IMG/VR virus record: IMGVR_UViG_3300049180_000045
Coordinates: 1-51,112 of that record
Direction: 5' to 3' (one strand)
Length of the DNA: 51,112 nucleotides
From: a virus
Taxonomy: Duplodnaviria > Caudoviricetes
This document shows positions 36,776 to 44,932 of the stretch, one piece after another. The notes under the pieces are model-generated. The model did not search any database. It was given only the letters and a program-made list of their open reading frames with translations, and was not told the origin of the DNA. A program made the position numbers and the translations under genes. Numbering within the stretch: the first letter of the stretch is position 1; each line of letters opens with the position of its first letter.

Positions 36776-37792
36776 ATGAGCGTCTCGAAGCCATCCGTAT
36801 TGCCGCGCTGGGCAATCACGTTGTTGGGTGCCCTGTCGTCTCGCGTCGAGGAACCTCCGTCTGGCAAGAAGGACGTAGGCTGGGCCCCGGGAGACACCGT
36901 TCCAGCCGAGTGGTTGAACTGGTTGTTCGTTCACACCTACAAGTGGATCGAGTGGCTTCAGGACATCGAGAATCAGGCGATCACATGGACCGCCCGACAC
37001 ACGATGTCAAACGGTCTCGACGTTGATCAGGGTGTCACTGTTACGGGAGGCGCTACCGTCTCGGATGGTCAGACCGTCAACGGTGGTCAGGTCGTCAATG
37101 ATGGACAGACGGTCAACGGTGACAGTTCGTACGCGAACAAGCTGTCGATCGGCGACATCCTCACACTGGCGAAGAGTATCGTTTTCTCGTCTGTGTGGTC
37201 GGCCGGTTCCTATCCCGAGTTGATGTCGTGGTTTGACGGCGCGGGCGAGAGTGTGCGCCGCGTGCGTATCTATCCCGGCCCTGGTTTGCATATCACCGTA
37301 AACGCTCGACAGAGTGCGCCGAACGTGTGGGTCGCAGATAACACGAGCCAAAACTCGCACCGCATATGGATCGGGGGAGTGTTCGGGGGTCTCAACTACC
37401 ATGCCGCAAAGCAGGGGAGCGATCCCGCGTTGAACTTCGACGGGACGAATTACCTGTTCAGAGTTGACGCGCGAGGGGCTGTCACGGTTCCTCAGTACTC
37501 GGTCACGAATACAATCGGCACGGTCGAGGCCGGAAGCGCGGTCAGCGGAACCGCTCGCATCGTTGCCGGCACAAGCTCGACACGTATCAACACAACCGCA
37601 GCAAGCCTCGCGGCGCAGGCATCGTTCGCGGTCATTTCTCAGGCGACCGCTGATTCGACGGCGACCTCGCTTCGAACGGTTGTGTCGAACGGGTATCTGA
37701 CCGTCTACAGCAACGCGAACGCTACCGGGAACGTCAATTTCTCCTGGTTCATTCTCGGTAGCGGTGCGCTGAATAACCCGACCTCTACTTAG
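36776..37792 (+). CDS. Tail fibre protein
   Basis: P.W...GW.....P.AEWLNW N-terminus, (T/V)VNGG/DG hexapeptide repeats, beta-rich tip. Confidence 0.85.
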   Translation: MSVSKPSVLPRWAITLLGALSSRVEEPPSGKKDVGWAPGDTVPAEWLNWLFVHTYKWIEWLQDIENQAITWTARHTMSNGLDVDQGVTVTGGATVSDGQTVNGGQVVNDGQTVNGDSSYANKLSIGDILTLAKSIVFSSVWSAGSYPELMSWFDGAGESVRRVRIYPGPGLHITVNARQSAPNVWVADNTSQNSHRIWIGGVFGGLNYHAAKQGSDPALNFDGTNYLFRVDARGAVTVPQYSVTNTIGTVEAGSAVSGTARIVAGTSSTRINTTAASLAAQASFAVISQATADSTATSLRTVVSNGYLTVYSNANATGNVNFSWFILGSGALNNPTST

Positions 37793-38331
37793 TCACAACC
37801 CTTACCACCGAGCGCGGGAATCACCAGGTCTCGATAATAATTCGAGGCATAGTAGAACCCGCGCTCGTCCCAAAACTTATGGTCGATCGCGTCCTGCTCG
37901 CTCGTTCCGAGAACCTCGATCTCGTAATAGTGAAGCAATTCGTGGACGAGAGATCCCATATTCAACGAAACGTGAACGCTCCTGTCTCGGTGGTCGTATT
38001 TGCCGAGTGATGCGTTTAGCTCGTCCCCCACCTGGTCACCAGCGTAGACGTAGATCGTCGCGTCGGACATGTCGAACGTCGGATCGATGTAGGGGCCGAC
38101 TCTGAAAACCGATCCTCCGACAGTGCTTCCAGACCACGACATATTAAGAACTCGGCGAGCTAGCTCGACCTGTCCCTTCAGGCATTCTGTATCCCGCTTC
38201 CCTTCGACATACATCACACCGAGACCGCAGCACGTCGAGAGGTCGATCGGTGGGCCGAACTCGTGTCCGTCTTGAGTACGAGCGCAGGCAGAAACGAACG
38301 AAAGAAGCGAAACGAAAAACAGAACGCGCAT
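37789..38331 (-). CDS. Lipoprotein with HExxH zinc-metallopeptidase motif
   Basis: MRVLFFVSLLSFVSA-C lipobox. LGKY...SLVHELLHYYE...H. Confidence 0.75.
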   Translation of the reverse strand: MRVLFFVSLLSFVSACARTQDGHEFGPPIDLSTCCGLGVMYVEGKRDTECLKGQVELARRVLNMSWSGSTVGGSVFRVGPYIDPTFDMSDATIYVYAGDQVGDELNASLGKYDHRDRSVHVSLNMGSLVHELLHYYEIEVLGTSEQDAIDHKFWDERGFYYASNYYRDLVIPALGGKGCD

Positions 38332-38513
38332 GTGTGGACCTCTGGTCGGGGGTTGGTTGTGACCCGACGGGGGTCGTTTTCTACTCGGTCGGCTTCCGAA
38401 CGGCCAAGCCTAAACTGTTAAATTAACGAGTCTGTAACCGAACGTTTTCACGTCTTGTGTTTTTCCCGTTTCGAGTGCTAGTGTCCGTTAGTTTACCCTT
38501 CGATTCCGGAAAC

Positions 38514-38759
38514 ATGGACGCGATCAAAGAACTGACGGGGCTTCTCGCCTCGAACCTGAAGGAAGCACTGATCGCGGTTCAGTTCGCCGCGATCGTGTGG
38601 CTCTACAAAGACGGTCGAACGCGAGAGACCGCGCACCTGTCAACCGCCATGATGATCGCCCCGCTCGCGTCCAAGATCGTCGAGTGTGTCGGCATTCTCG
38701 AACGGGTGACGAGCGCGCTTCTCGCGAGGCGCGACTCGACCAAGGGTCCCGAGGCTTAA
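38514..38759 (+). CDS. Putative holin
   Basis: Small, TM segment ALIAVQFAAIVWLY, upstream of the endolysin. Confidence 0.55.
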   Translation: MDAIKELTGLLASNLKEALIAVQFAAIVWLYKDGRTRETAHLSTAMMIAPLASKIVECVGILERVTSALLARRDSTKGPEA

Positions 38760-38762
38760 CCC

Positions 38763-38933
38763 ATGCTCGCGCGCATCCTTGCCGTGTTCCTCAGAATCTC
38801 TCGGGTTCTCGACCCGAGGCGATACGTCGACGAGCAGAAGCAACAAATCGAGTGCGTGCTTCGCGAAACGGATCAGCGCGTCGACCTGGTTCTCGTGAAG
38901 CTTCGCGCCATTGACCCCGAGTCCCAGCCATGA
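38763..38933 (+). CDS. Small lysis-cassette protein (56 aa, not in ORF track)
   Basis: MLARILAVFLRISRVLDPRRYVDEQKQQ...; ATGA overlap with the endolysin. Confidence 0.55.
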   Translation: MLARILAVFLRISRVLDPRRYVDEQKQQIECVLRETDQRVDLVLVKLRAIDPESQP

Positions 38934-39490
38934 AGACCCGCTTCGTTTCGGCCGAGCAACTCGCGAAGATTTACGAGCGCCCCGCGAAGGTGTTCGTCGA
39001 TCTCGTCGAGCACTTGAACTCGGCCCTTTACGAGTTCGAGATCAACACCCCTCGACGAATTGCCGCGTTCCTCGCGCAAGTCGGACACGAGTCCGGCCGC
39101 TTCCGTTACCTCGAAGAGATCGCCGACGGGAGCGCGTACGAGGGGCGCGAGGATCTCGGCAATAAGAAGCCGGGGGACGGGAAGAAGTACAAGGGTCGCG
39201 GGGTTATTCAACTCACGGGGTTTGCGAACTACTTCGCGGCCGGTCGCGACCTTGATCTCGACCTGGTGAACAACCCGAGGCGCGCGGCGGATCCTGATGT
39301 CGCGTTCATGATCGCCGGTTGGTTCTGGAAGTCGCGGGATCTGAACCTGCTCGCGGACCTTGCGAGCGTGACGAACGAGGGGCTCGCCGTGTTCCGCAAG
39401 GTCACGAGCCGGATCAACGGTGGGCAGAATGGCGCGGCCGACCGCGAGGCGCTGTACGCGCGTGCGTGGGTCGTCCTGGGGGCCGCGTAA
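38930..39490 (+). CDS. Endolysin, glycoside hydrolase family 19
   Basis: AAFLAQVGHES, YKGRGVIQLTG..NY, A.WFW, INGG.NG..DR. Confidence 0.95.
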   Translation: MKTRFVSAEQLAKIYERPAKVFVDLVEHLNSALYEFEINTPRRIAAFLAQVGHESGRFRYLEEIADGSAYEGREDLGNKKPGDGKKYKGRGVIQLTGFANYFAAGRDLDLDLVNNPRRAADPDVAFMIAGWFWKSRDLNLLADLASVTNEGLAVFRKVTSRINGGQNGAADREALYARAWVVLGAA

Positions 39491-40071
39491 TGTCGACCCC
39501 TCCCGAGACCCCTGGAAACTCCCGCGTGTTGCGTACGCTCGCCCTGTGCCTCTGGAGCGGGTATCTCGGGGCGCTCGCGGGAACCTGCTCGCGGGAATCG
39601 GCCGCGCCCGTTCGCGTCGAGCTTCACGAGACCGAGCACGTCGAGCAGCGCGAGCAGGAATCCGAGCGCAAGGTCGAGCACCAGGTCGCCGACGAGAAGA
39701 AGGTCGAACGTCGCACCGTCGAGCGCACGCGGATCGCGCACCCTGACGGAACCACCGTCGAGCACCAGGTCGAGACCTTCAACGCGGACACGGAACGGCA
39801 TCAGGAGACGGCGCGCGTCGAGGTCCGCGAGATCGAGCGCGTCGTTTACCGCGACCGCGAGATCGAGAAGAAGGTCGAACTCGTGCCGCGTAACTGGCGC
39901 GCGGGTGCGCTCGTGGGGCTCGACGTAAGCCGCGCCTCGCTCGTTCCTCCGAGCCCTGGTCCGCTCGTGTTCGGCGCGCATGTCGAACGGCGCATCGCCG
40001 GCCCCGTGTGGGTGGGTGCGTGGGGTGTCACCTCGGGTGCGGTCGGGCTGTCACTCGCAGTCGAGTTCTAG
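39490..40071 (+). CDS. Putative spanin-like protein (N-terminal TM, C-terminal beta strands ending in Phe)
   Basis: 1-nt overlap with the endolysin. TM LALCLWSGYLGALAG, charged spacer, four amphipathic strands ending LSLAVEF. Confidence 0.65.
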   Translation: MSTPPETPGNSRVLRTLALCLWSGYLGALAGTCSRESAAPVRVELHETEHVEQREQESERKVEHQVADEKKVERRTVERTRIAHPDGTTVEHQVETFNADTERHQETARVEVREIERVVYRDREIEKKVELVPRNWRAGALVGLDVSRASLVPPSPGPLVFGAHVERRIAGPVWVGAWGVTSGAVGLSLAVEF

Positions 40072-40145
40072 TTCGAGGACAGGCGAGCGACCCCGAGACA
40101 TGTAGCACTCGGGGCCGCGTTGTGTTTCAATATCCGGTACTCAAC

Positions 40146-41501
40146 ATGCCGAAGCCACGTAAACCGAAAAGTTCCCACGAGACGAAGAACGCACGCGAAG
40201 AAGTCGCGCGTAAACGTCGGCTCGAAAGCGAGTTCGAGTCCCTTCGCCCCGAGGACTTCGACGTTTCGATCGGGAACGACGGTCGCCGCGACAAGACGTA
40301 CGCGAGCGAGAAACGGCAAGAGTTCAGCCGAAGCGACGGGGAATTCTACCAGCTTCTGCGCGCGAGCGGGGGTGACCCTCGCAAGATGCCGAAAGCGGAA
40401 GCGTCTCGACTCGCGTTCTTCCTCGCGGCAAAAAGCGAGCAAGAGAGACGCTTTCAGAATAAGCGCCTCGCTCGGTCGATCGCGATCGCATCCGCGAACG
40501 AAACGCTTCACCTGCGGATGTTGATGCAACTCGCGCAGGAATACTTCACGAACAAGATCAGGCCGGCCGGCTACGCGAAGAGAGTCGTCAAGCGTAACCA
40601 ATCGAGAACGGCGATCATCGTTCTAAGCGATCTTCACTTCGGCTCGGACCTTCGCGCGATCGACAACCCCGAAGCGTTCGGGGCCGAAGAGGAATCGCGA
40701 CGGTTCGCGAGCATCGTTCAACAGGTCAGCGATTACAAGAGCCAGTACCGCAACGATCAAAGGTTGCTCGTGTGTGCAAACGGCGATTTGATCGAGGGTG
40801 CGCTCGGCCATGACCAGAGAGACGGCGCACCGCTGACCGAACAGAAGGGCGCGTGTCTCCACTACTTCCAACAGGCGATCGCGCAGTGGGCTCGTGACTA
40901 TCCCTCTGTTCATATCGAGTGGCAACCGGGCAACCACGGGCGCGACAAGCTTCGTCACCCGGGGCGCGCTACGTCCTCGAAGTGGGACGGTCACGAGTGG
41001 TGGTTAGGTTACTGCCTCGCGCAAATGTGCAAGGGGCTTCCGAACGTCACCTTCTCTGTGCCGTTCCGCGCTGTCAGTTCGATCAAGGTCTATAACCACT
41101 GGTTCCTTCAAACTCACGGCGACACCGAGGTTCGACTCGGCGACCCTGACACGCAAGCGTCGCGGAACGAGAAGGAACTCGCGAAGGTGAACTCGACGCG
41201 GGTATTCGGTCACGAGTACGCGGTCGGCATCTTCGGGCACTACCACAAGCTGCGTCGTTTTCCGTGGCGCTCGATCGAGGCGATCTTTAACGGGTGCCTA
41301 GTCCCCCCGGCCGGCTATGCTCGCGCGGGTGGATACATAAACGAGCGCTGCGGACAGGTCATCTTCGAGGCTACCGAAGATTATCCCGTCGGCGATCTGC
41401 GGAACCTCTACGTCGGAGCGAGCGAGGACCGCGATCCCAAGCTGAACAAGATCGTTAGTCCGTTCCGCTTTCACGAGTCGAATCCGTTCTCGGTTCTGTA
41501 G
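40146..41501 (+). CDS. Calcineurin-like metallophosphoesterase / nuclease
   Basis: SDLH, GDLIEG, GNHG, THGD, GHYH: all five motifs. Confidence 0.88.
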   Translation: MPKPRKPKSSHETKNAREEVARKRRLESEFESLRPEDFDVSIGNDGRRDKTYASEKRQEFSRSDGEFYQLLRASGGDPRKMPKAEASRLAFFLAAKSEQERRFQNKRLARSIAIASANETLHLRMLMQLAQEYFTNKIRPAGYAKRVVKRNQSRTAIIVLSDLHFGSDLRAIDNPEAFGAEEESRRFASIVQQVSDYKSQYRNDQRLLVCANGDLIEGALGHDQRDGAPLTEQKGACLHYFQQAIAQWARDYPSVHIEWQPGNHGRDKLRHPGRATSSKWDGHEWWLGYCLAQMCKGLPNVTFSVPFRAVSSIKVYNHWFLQTHGDTEVRLGDPDTQASRNEKELAKVNSTRVFGHEYAVGIFGHYHKLRRFPWRSIEAIFNGCLVPPAGYARAGGYINERCGQVIFEATEDYPVGDLRNLYVGASEDRDPKLNKIVSPFRFHESNPFSVL

Positions 41502-41655
41502 GCTGCTCGACCAGGTGCAAAGGGACCCGACGGTTTCGCGGCTCGGGTCCCATCAGGACGGCATTACAGGACGGACAAGCTAGGAACTCGTAACCGCTGA
41601 TCGTCAGCGTGGCGCAGGGTTCAGCGGAACCCGGGCAGATTTCACCCGTCAGCAT
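41455..41655 (-). CDS. Small Zn-ribbon hypothetical protein
   Basis: CPGS...CPSC, overlaps the upstream stop. Confidence 0.4.
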   Translation of the reverse strand: MLTGEICPGSAEPCATLTISGYEFLACPSCNAVLMGPEPRNRRVPLHLVEQPTEPRTDSTRESGTD

Positions 41656-41897
41656 TCGAGCGCAGGCGAGCATACAAACACGAACGGCATCACACCCGAG
41701 GTCAGGTTCGACGCTACGGGCTCGTGTTCAGGTGCATTGATGCCGACGAGCGCCTCGCCTTTGAACCGCTCGAAGCACGCGGAACACTCGAACTCTTCAT
41801 CGAGTTTCGTCGCGCGTCGACCTGAACCCACACAAGCGAACGAAGCGTTTTCAAATGGAACAAGTCGAGCGTAGGTAACAGCCAAGATCCAGAACAT
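41649..41897 (-). CDS. Small Cys-containing hypothetical protein
   Basis: GGAGG RBS. C..SG...CSAC...H. Confidence 0.55.
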   Translation of the reverse strand: MFWILAVTYARLVPFENASFACVGSGRRATKLDEEFECSACFERFKGEALVGINAPEHEPVASNLTSGVMPFVFVCSPALEC

Positions 41898-41917
41898 GAG
41901 TCCTCCAACAAACGCGA

Positions 41918-41961
41918 ACCGCCTCCTGTAACCGGCTCGAAAGCGGGTCACAGGAGGCGGT
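41918..41961 (-). terminator. Long hairpin
   Basis: accgcctcctgtaacc...ggtcacaggaggcggt downstream of 41984-42214. Confidence 0.55.
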
Positions 41962-41983
41962 CACGTCGACCAGGTCGAGCGAA

Positions 41984-42214
41984 CTAGGTGGGCTTCGTCA
42001 GCTTCCACGCGAACTGCTTCAGGTCCTTCAGCGTCGCGTCCACGTCAGCGCCCGGGTAGTGCTTCGCGATCTCGGAGCGCATCGCGGGGAGGTTCTCCTG
42101 CGCGGTCGCCTCGGACACGAGCCGGTTCACCATGCCGCGCGCGGCCTCGCGCACCTTGGACTTGTCGATCTCGGGCTTCGTCTCGGTACCGCTTGCGGGG
42201 GTCTGGCTGGCCAT
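41984..42214 (-). CDS. Small hypothetical protein, probably highly expressed
   Basis: AAGGAAGG RBS, own promoter TTGCAA-17-TAAACA (42286-42314), hairpin downstream. Confidence 0.75.
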   Translation of the reverse strand: MASQTPASGTETKPEIDKSKVREAARGMVNRLVSEATAQENLPAMRSEIAKHYPGADVDATLKDLKQFAWKLTKPT

Positions 42215-42318
42215 CTTCGGTTTCCTTCCTTGGGTGGGTCCTCGATTCGTTCGAGGGGGTTCGGTTCGTCGACCGGAACAACTACTGTTTACCTGTGAAC
42301 TGTGAGGATTGCAAGCCC

Positions 42319-42762
42319 CTAGATCGTCTCGGGCGATTCGGCCGAGCGGAACAGGGACCCGATGAACGACGCGAACCGCGCTCCGAGCGTGGTCGGCTTC
42401 GCGGCCGGCTGCTCGTCCTGGGAGGCAGGGGGCACGGTCGCCGTGACGGTGGTCGGCTCGACGGCGGTCGCGTCACGGTAGCTGTTCACGACAAGCTCGA
42501 TCCGGCTCTTGAAGCGCTCGACGCGGTAGCCCCTCGACGCGAAAGCCACGTCGACCAGACGGTTCACGCGCTCGCTTTCCGTCCCACCTTCCACCGTGGC
42601 GAACTCGGTCTCGCGCCCGTTCACCCGCTGAACGATCGAGGTCGCACCCGGAAGGTTCTGGAAGTAGGCGGTCGGATTGCCGAGCGCCTCGCGGATCATC
42701 TTCCGACACTGGCTCTTGCTGTAGAGGTGGGCGAGGCCGGTCGAGTTCTGGTTCGTGTTCAT
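42319..42762 (-). CDS. Hypothetical protein
   Basis: ATGA overlap with the upstream HTH gene. Confidence 0.7.
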   Translation of the reverse strand: MNTNQNSTGLAHLYSKSQCRKMIREALGNPTAYFQNLPGATSIVQRVNGRETEFATVEGGTESERVNRLVDVAFASRGYRVERFKSRIELVVNSYRDATAVEPTTVTATVPPASQDEQPAAKPTTLGARFASFIGSLFRSAESPETI

Positions 42763-43064
42763 GGCTGTGCCGTGGGTTCGAGCGCGGTCTCGGTGGGCTT
42801 GCCAGTGACGGCAAACAAAGAGGCTTCAGGACCGCGCTCGCCGACCCGAGCCTCTTTGATATTCAAAACGTAACCTCGACGCGAGAGTTCGCTGATCCGC
42901 GTGTAAACGGTCGGCTTACTGCAACGCATACGGGAGGCGATCGAGCGCGCGTCGAGCCCCTCGATTCCCTCTCGTCTGAGATTGTCGAGGTCGAGTAGGG
43001 CCGCGAGCGCGCGAAGGTTTGCCTCGAACTTCGCGGCCCGCTTCTTTGGGCGAGCCTGATCCAT
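42759..43064 (-). CDS. HTH transcriptional regulator
   Basis: LDARSIASRMRCSKPTVYTRISELSRRGY. Promoter TTGACT-18-TAAGGT-6-ATG. Confidence 0.8.
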   Translation of the reverse strand: MDQARPKKRAAKFEANLRALAALLDLDNLRREGIEGLDARSIASRMRCSKPTVYTRISELSRRGYVLNIKEARVGERGPEASLFAVTGKPTETALEPTAQP

Positions 43065-43106
43065 GCCGACACCTTACCGTTAAGACAGTCGGCAAGTCAA
43101 CACGGG

Positions 43107-43748
43107 TCAGGGCTCGATAACCCTGTGTTTGTCGAAGCGACCGAGCAGCTTCAACAAGACACCGACACCGTCGAAAGTGTTATGTTCGGCGATGCCTGAA
43201 TCTTTGATGTCGACCCTCTTCGCGAGCGCTCGTCGAAGCGCTTCGATGAAGCGAACCGCGCCGTCGATCGAGGCGAGTTCGTCGGGGAGTTGTGTCAGCG
43301 ATCCGGAGTGGTAGTCGAACCCGAAGCGTTCAAGGATCGCGACCGCGTTTCCGTTGCCCGTCCTGGTTCCCTTCCATTCTCGCGGTGTGTATTTCGCAAA
43401 GTGGGTGAATCCCTTTGAACGAAGCGCACGCGCGACCGTGGCAACGGCACACGCGAGGGGGAACAAGTCGTTCTGATCTCCCTTCTGATGCGCGGCCCCG
43501 TAGACCTGGGGGAGTTCGAGCCCGACACGGCGAACGACCCACGAGCGATGTCCGAACTTCTTCTCGACCAGCAAGTCGAGGCGCTCGATAATTTCGTCGG
43601 CTTGCTGATTCCACCCGTCAGGATGCGCGAGATCCTTCTCGCGATTGCTGACGTAGAAGCCACCGATCACGCGCTCGTCATGCCCAACCCCGACCCCGAA
43701 ATTACGACCGGGGTCGAGGCCGATGTCGAGTTCGACAAGCCCGTTCAA
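43107..43748 (-). CDS. RuvC-like Holliday junction resolvase
   Basis: GLDPG, LELPQVY, TPREWKG, HNTFDGVG. TTG start inferred from overlap. Confidence 0.8.
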   Translation of the reverse strand: MNGLVELDIGLDPGRNFGVGVGHDERVIGGFYVSNREKDLAHPDGWNQQADEIIERLDLLVEKKFGHRSWVVRRVGLELPQVYGAAHQKGDQNDLFPLACAVATVARALRSKGFTHFAKYTPREWKGTRTGNGNAVAILERFGFDYHSGSLTQLPDELASIDGAVRFIEALRRALAKRVDIKDSGIAEHNTFDGVGVLLKLLGRFDKHRVIEP

Positions 43749-43846
43749 GGGCAGACACCGAGCGCGATCAGGATGAAGAGGAGCGCTGCGCCGCACGAGC
43801 GCAACAGGGCGAAGGTCAGAACGAAGGTCGTCAGGTTGCGGGTCAC
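43745..43846 (-). CDS. 33-aa membrane peptide (not in ORF track)
   Basis: MTRNLTTFVLTFALLRSCGAALLFILIALGVCP. 4-nt overlaps at both ends. Confidence 0.5.
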   Translation of the reverse strand: MTRNLTTFVLTFALLRSCGAALLFILIALGVCP

Positions 43847-44292
43847 TGGCTGATCTCCCGCCCGTCAGCGTCGCAGGGATGGGTCAACGTGGCGCACACG
43901 AGCCGCGCCGACTCGGCCATGTTCACGCACACCGAAGCGTTCTCGTCGGGGCCGGGAACGCGGACCGACACGAGACGACCCTCGACGTGAACCACCTCGC
44001 CGATCACGAACTGGATCGTGTCGCGGTCCGCGCGCGGGATCGCGAGATCGAGACGCTTCTCGCCGACCTGGTCGGTCAAGTTCTGGATCCAGTCGAGCAG
44101 CGTTCCGGCCGACTCGGCGAGTTTCGACAGCAACTCGACCGGGTTCTCGGTCGCGAACGCGGACATGACCTCGGAGTGGAGACGATGACGGTACGTCTCG
44201 TCCGTGTTCTCGCCCGTGCAAGCGTTCCGCCTCGCCTGCTCGGCCGCGAGCGCGAGCCGCTCGAAGAGTTCCTTACTCGTGCCGTTCTTCAT
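43843..44292 (-). CDS. Hypothetical protein
   Basis: MKNGTSKELF..., packed in the operon. Confidence 0.65.
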   Translation of the reverse strand: MKNGTSKELFERLALAAEQARRNACTGENTDETYRHRLHSEVMSAFATENPVELLSKLAESAGTLLDWIQNLTDQVGEKRLDLAIPRADRDTIQFVIGEVVHVEGRLVSVRVPGPDENASVCVNMAESARLVCATLTHPCDADGREISQ

Positions 44293-44296
44293 TCGC

Positions 44297-44932
44297 TTAC
44301 CCTGCCCTTTCGATACGACGCTGAAGCTCGCGGAACCTCGCGAGGAACTTCTTCTCTGACTTGCGCGGCGACCAACCGAAACGATCCCACAAGACACGCA
44401 ACCACCAGGACCGACGAAGCGGTGTCACGTCGGGCTGAAACCAATCAGGACGCGGACCGTTGCGCAGGAGTTCGCGCGCCTCGGTTACGAGCATCACGAG
44501 ATCCGCCGTCTTGATCATGTGACGGTAACCCACCACTCGACCGAGATCGAACGCTTCCATGATGACCCGTTCGAGTCTGTTCTCGGCCAGTCGATACGGC
44601 TCGAACTCGGGCGAACGCTTCACGGGCGAGGCGATGTCGGCGAGATATGCCTCGGTCCCGTCATGCAACAGACCCCACAACGCGAGTAGGGCAACGGTCA
44701 GAGGATCGAGACCGCGAGCGATCGCGAGTTGCTCGACCAACCACGACACGCGAACCGAGTGTTCACCGACACAGTAGAACCGTTTGATCGCGCCAGTGAA
44801 TCGGCAAATCATTGATTCATGGTGGGCGATGTCGTCAAGACACACGTCCTCGACGCGAGCAGCAAGAGGCCAGAACCGGCGACCCGTGAAGGTTTGAATC
44901 CACGAGCCGCGCCTCGGATCAAAAACGTGCAT
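44297..44932 (-). CDS. HD-domain 5'-deoxynucleotidase (YfbR/YfdR-like)
   Basis: IQTFTG, DIAH, CRFTG, Y.V.EHS, LLHDGTEAY..DI..P.K. Confidence 0.88.
   Translation of the reverse strand: MHVFDPRRGSWIQTFTGRRFWPLAARVEDVCLDDIAHHESMICRFTGAIKRFYCVGEHSVRVSWLVEQLAIARGLDPLTVALLALWGLLHDGTEAYLADIASPVKRSPEFEPYRLAENRLERVIMEAFDLGRVVGYRHMIKTADLVMLVTEARELLRNGPRPDWFQPDVTPLRRSWWLRVLWDRFGWSPRKSEKKFLARFRELQRRIERAG

Noticed and set aside
36776-37792. Diversity-generating retroelement or invertible tail-fibre cassette
   Set aside because: No reverse transcriptase, invertase or nucleotide-level template/variable repeat pair seen. The similarity to the neck fibre is protein-level only.
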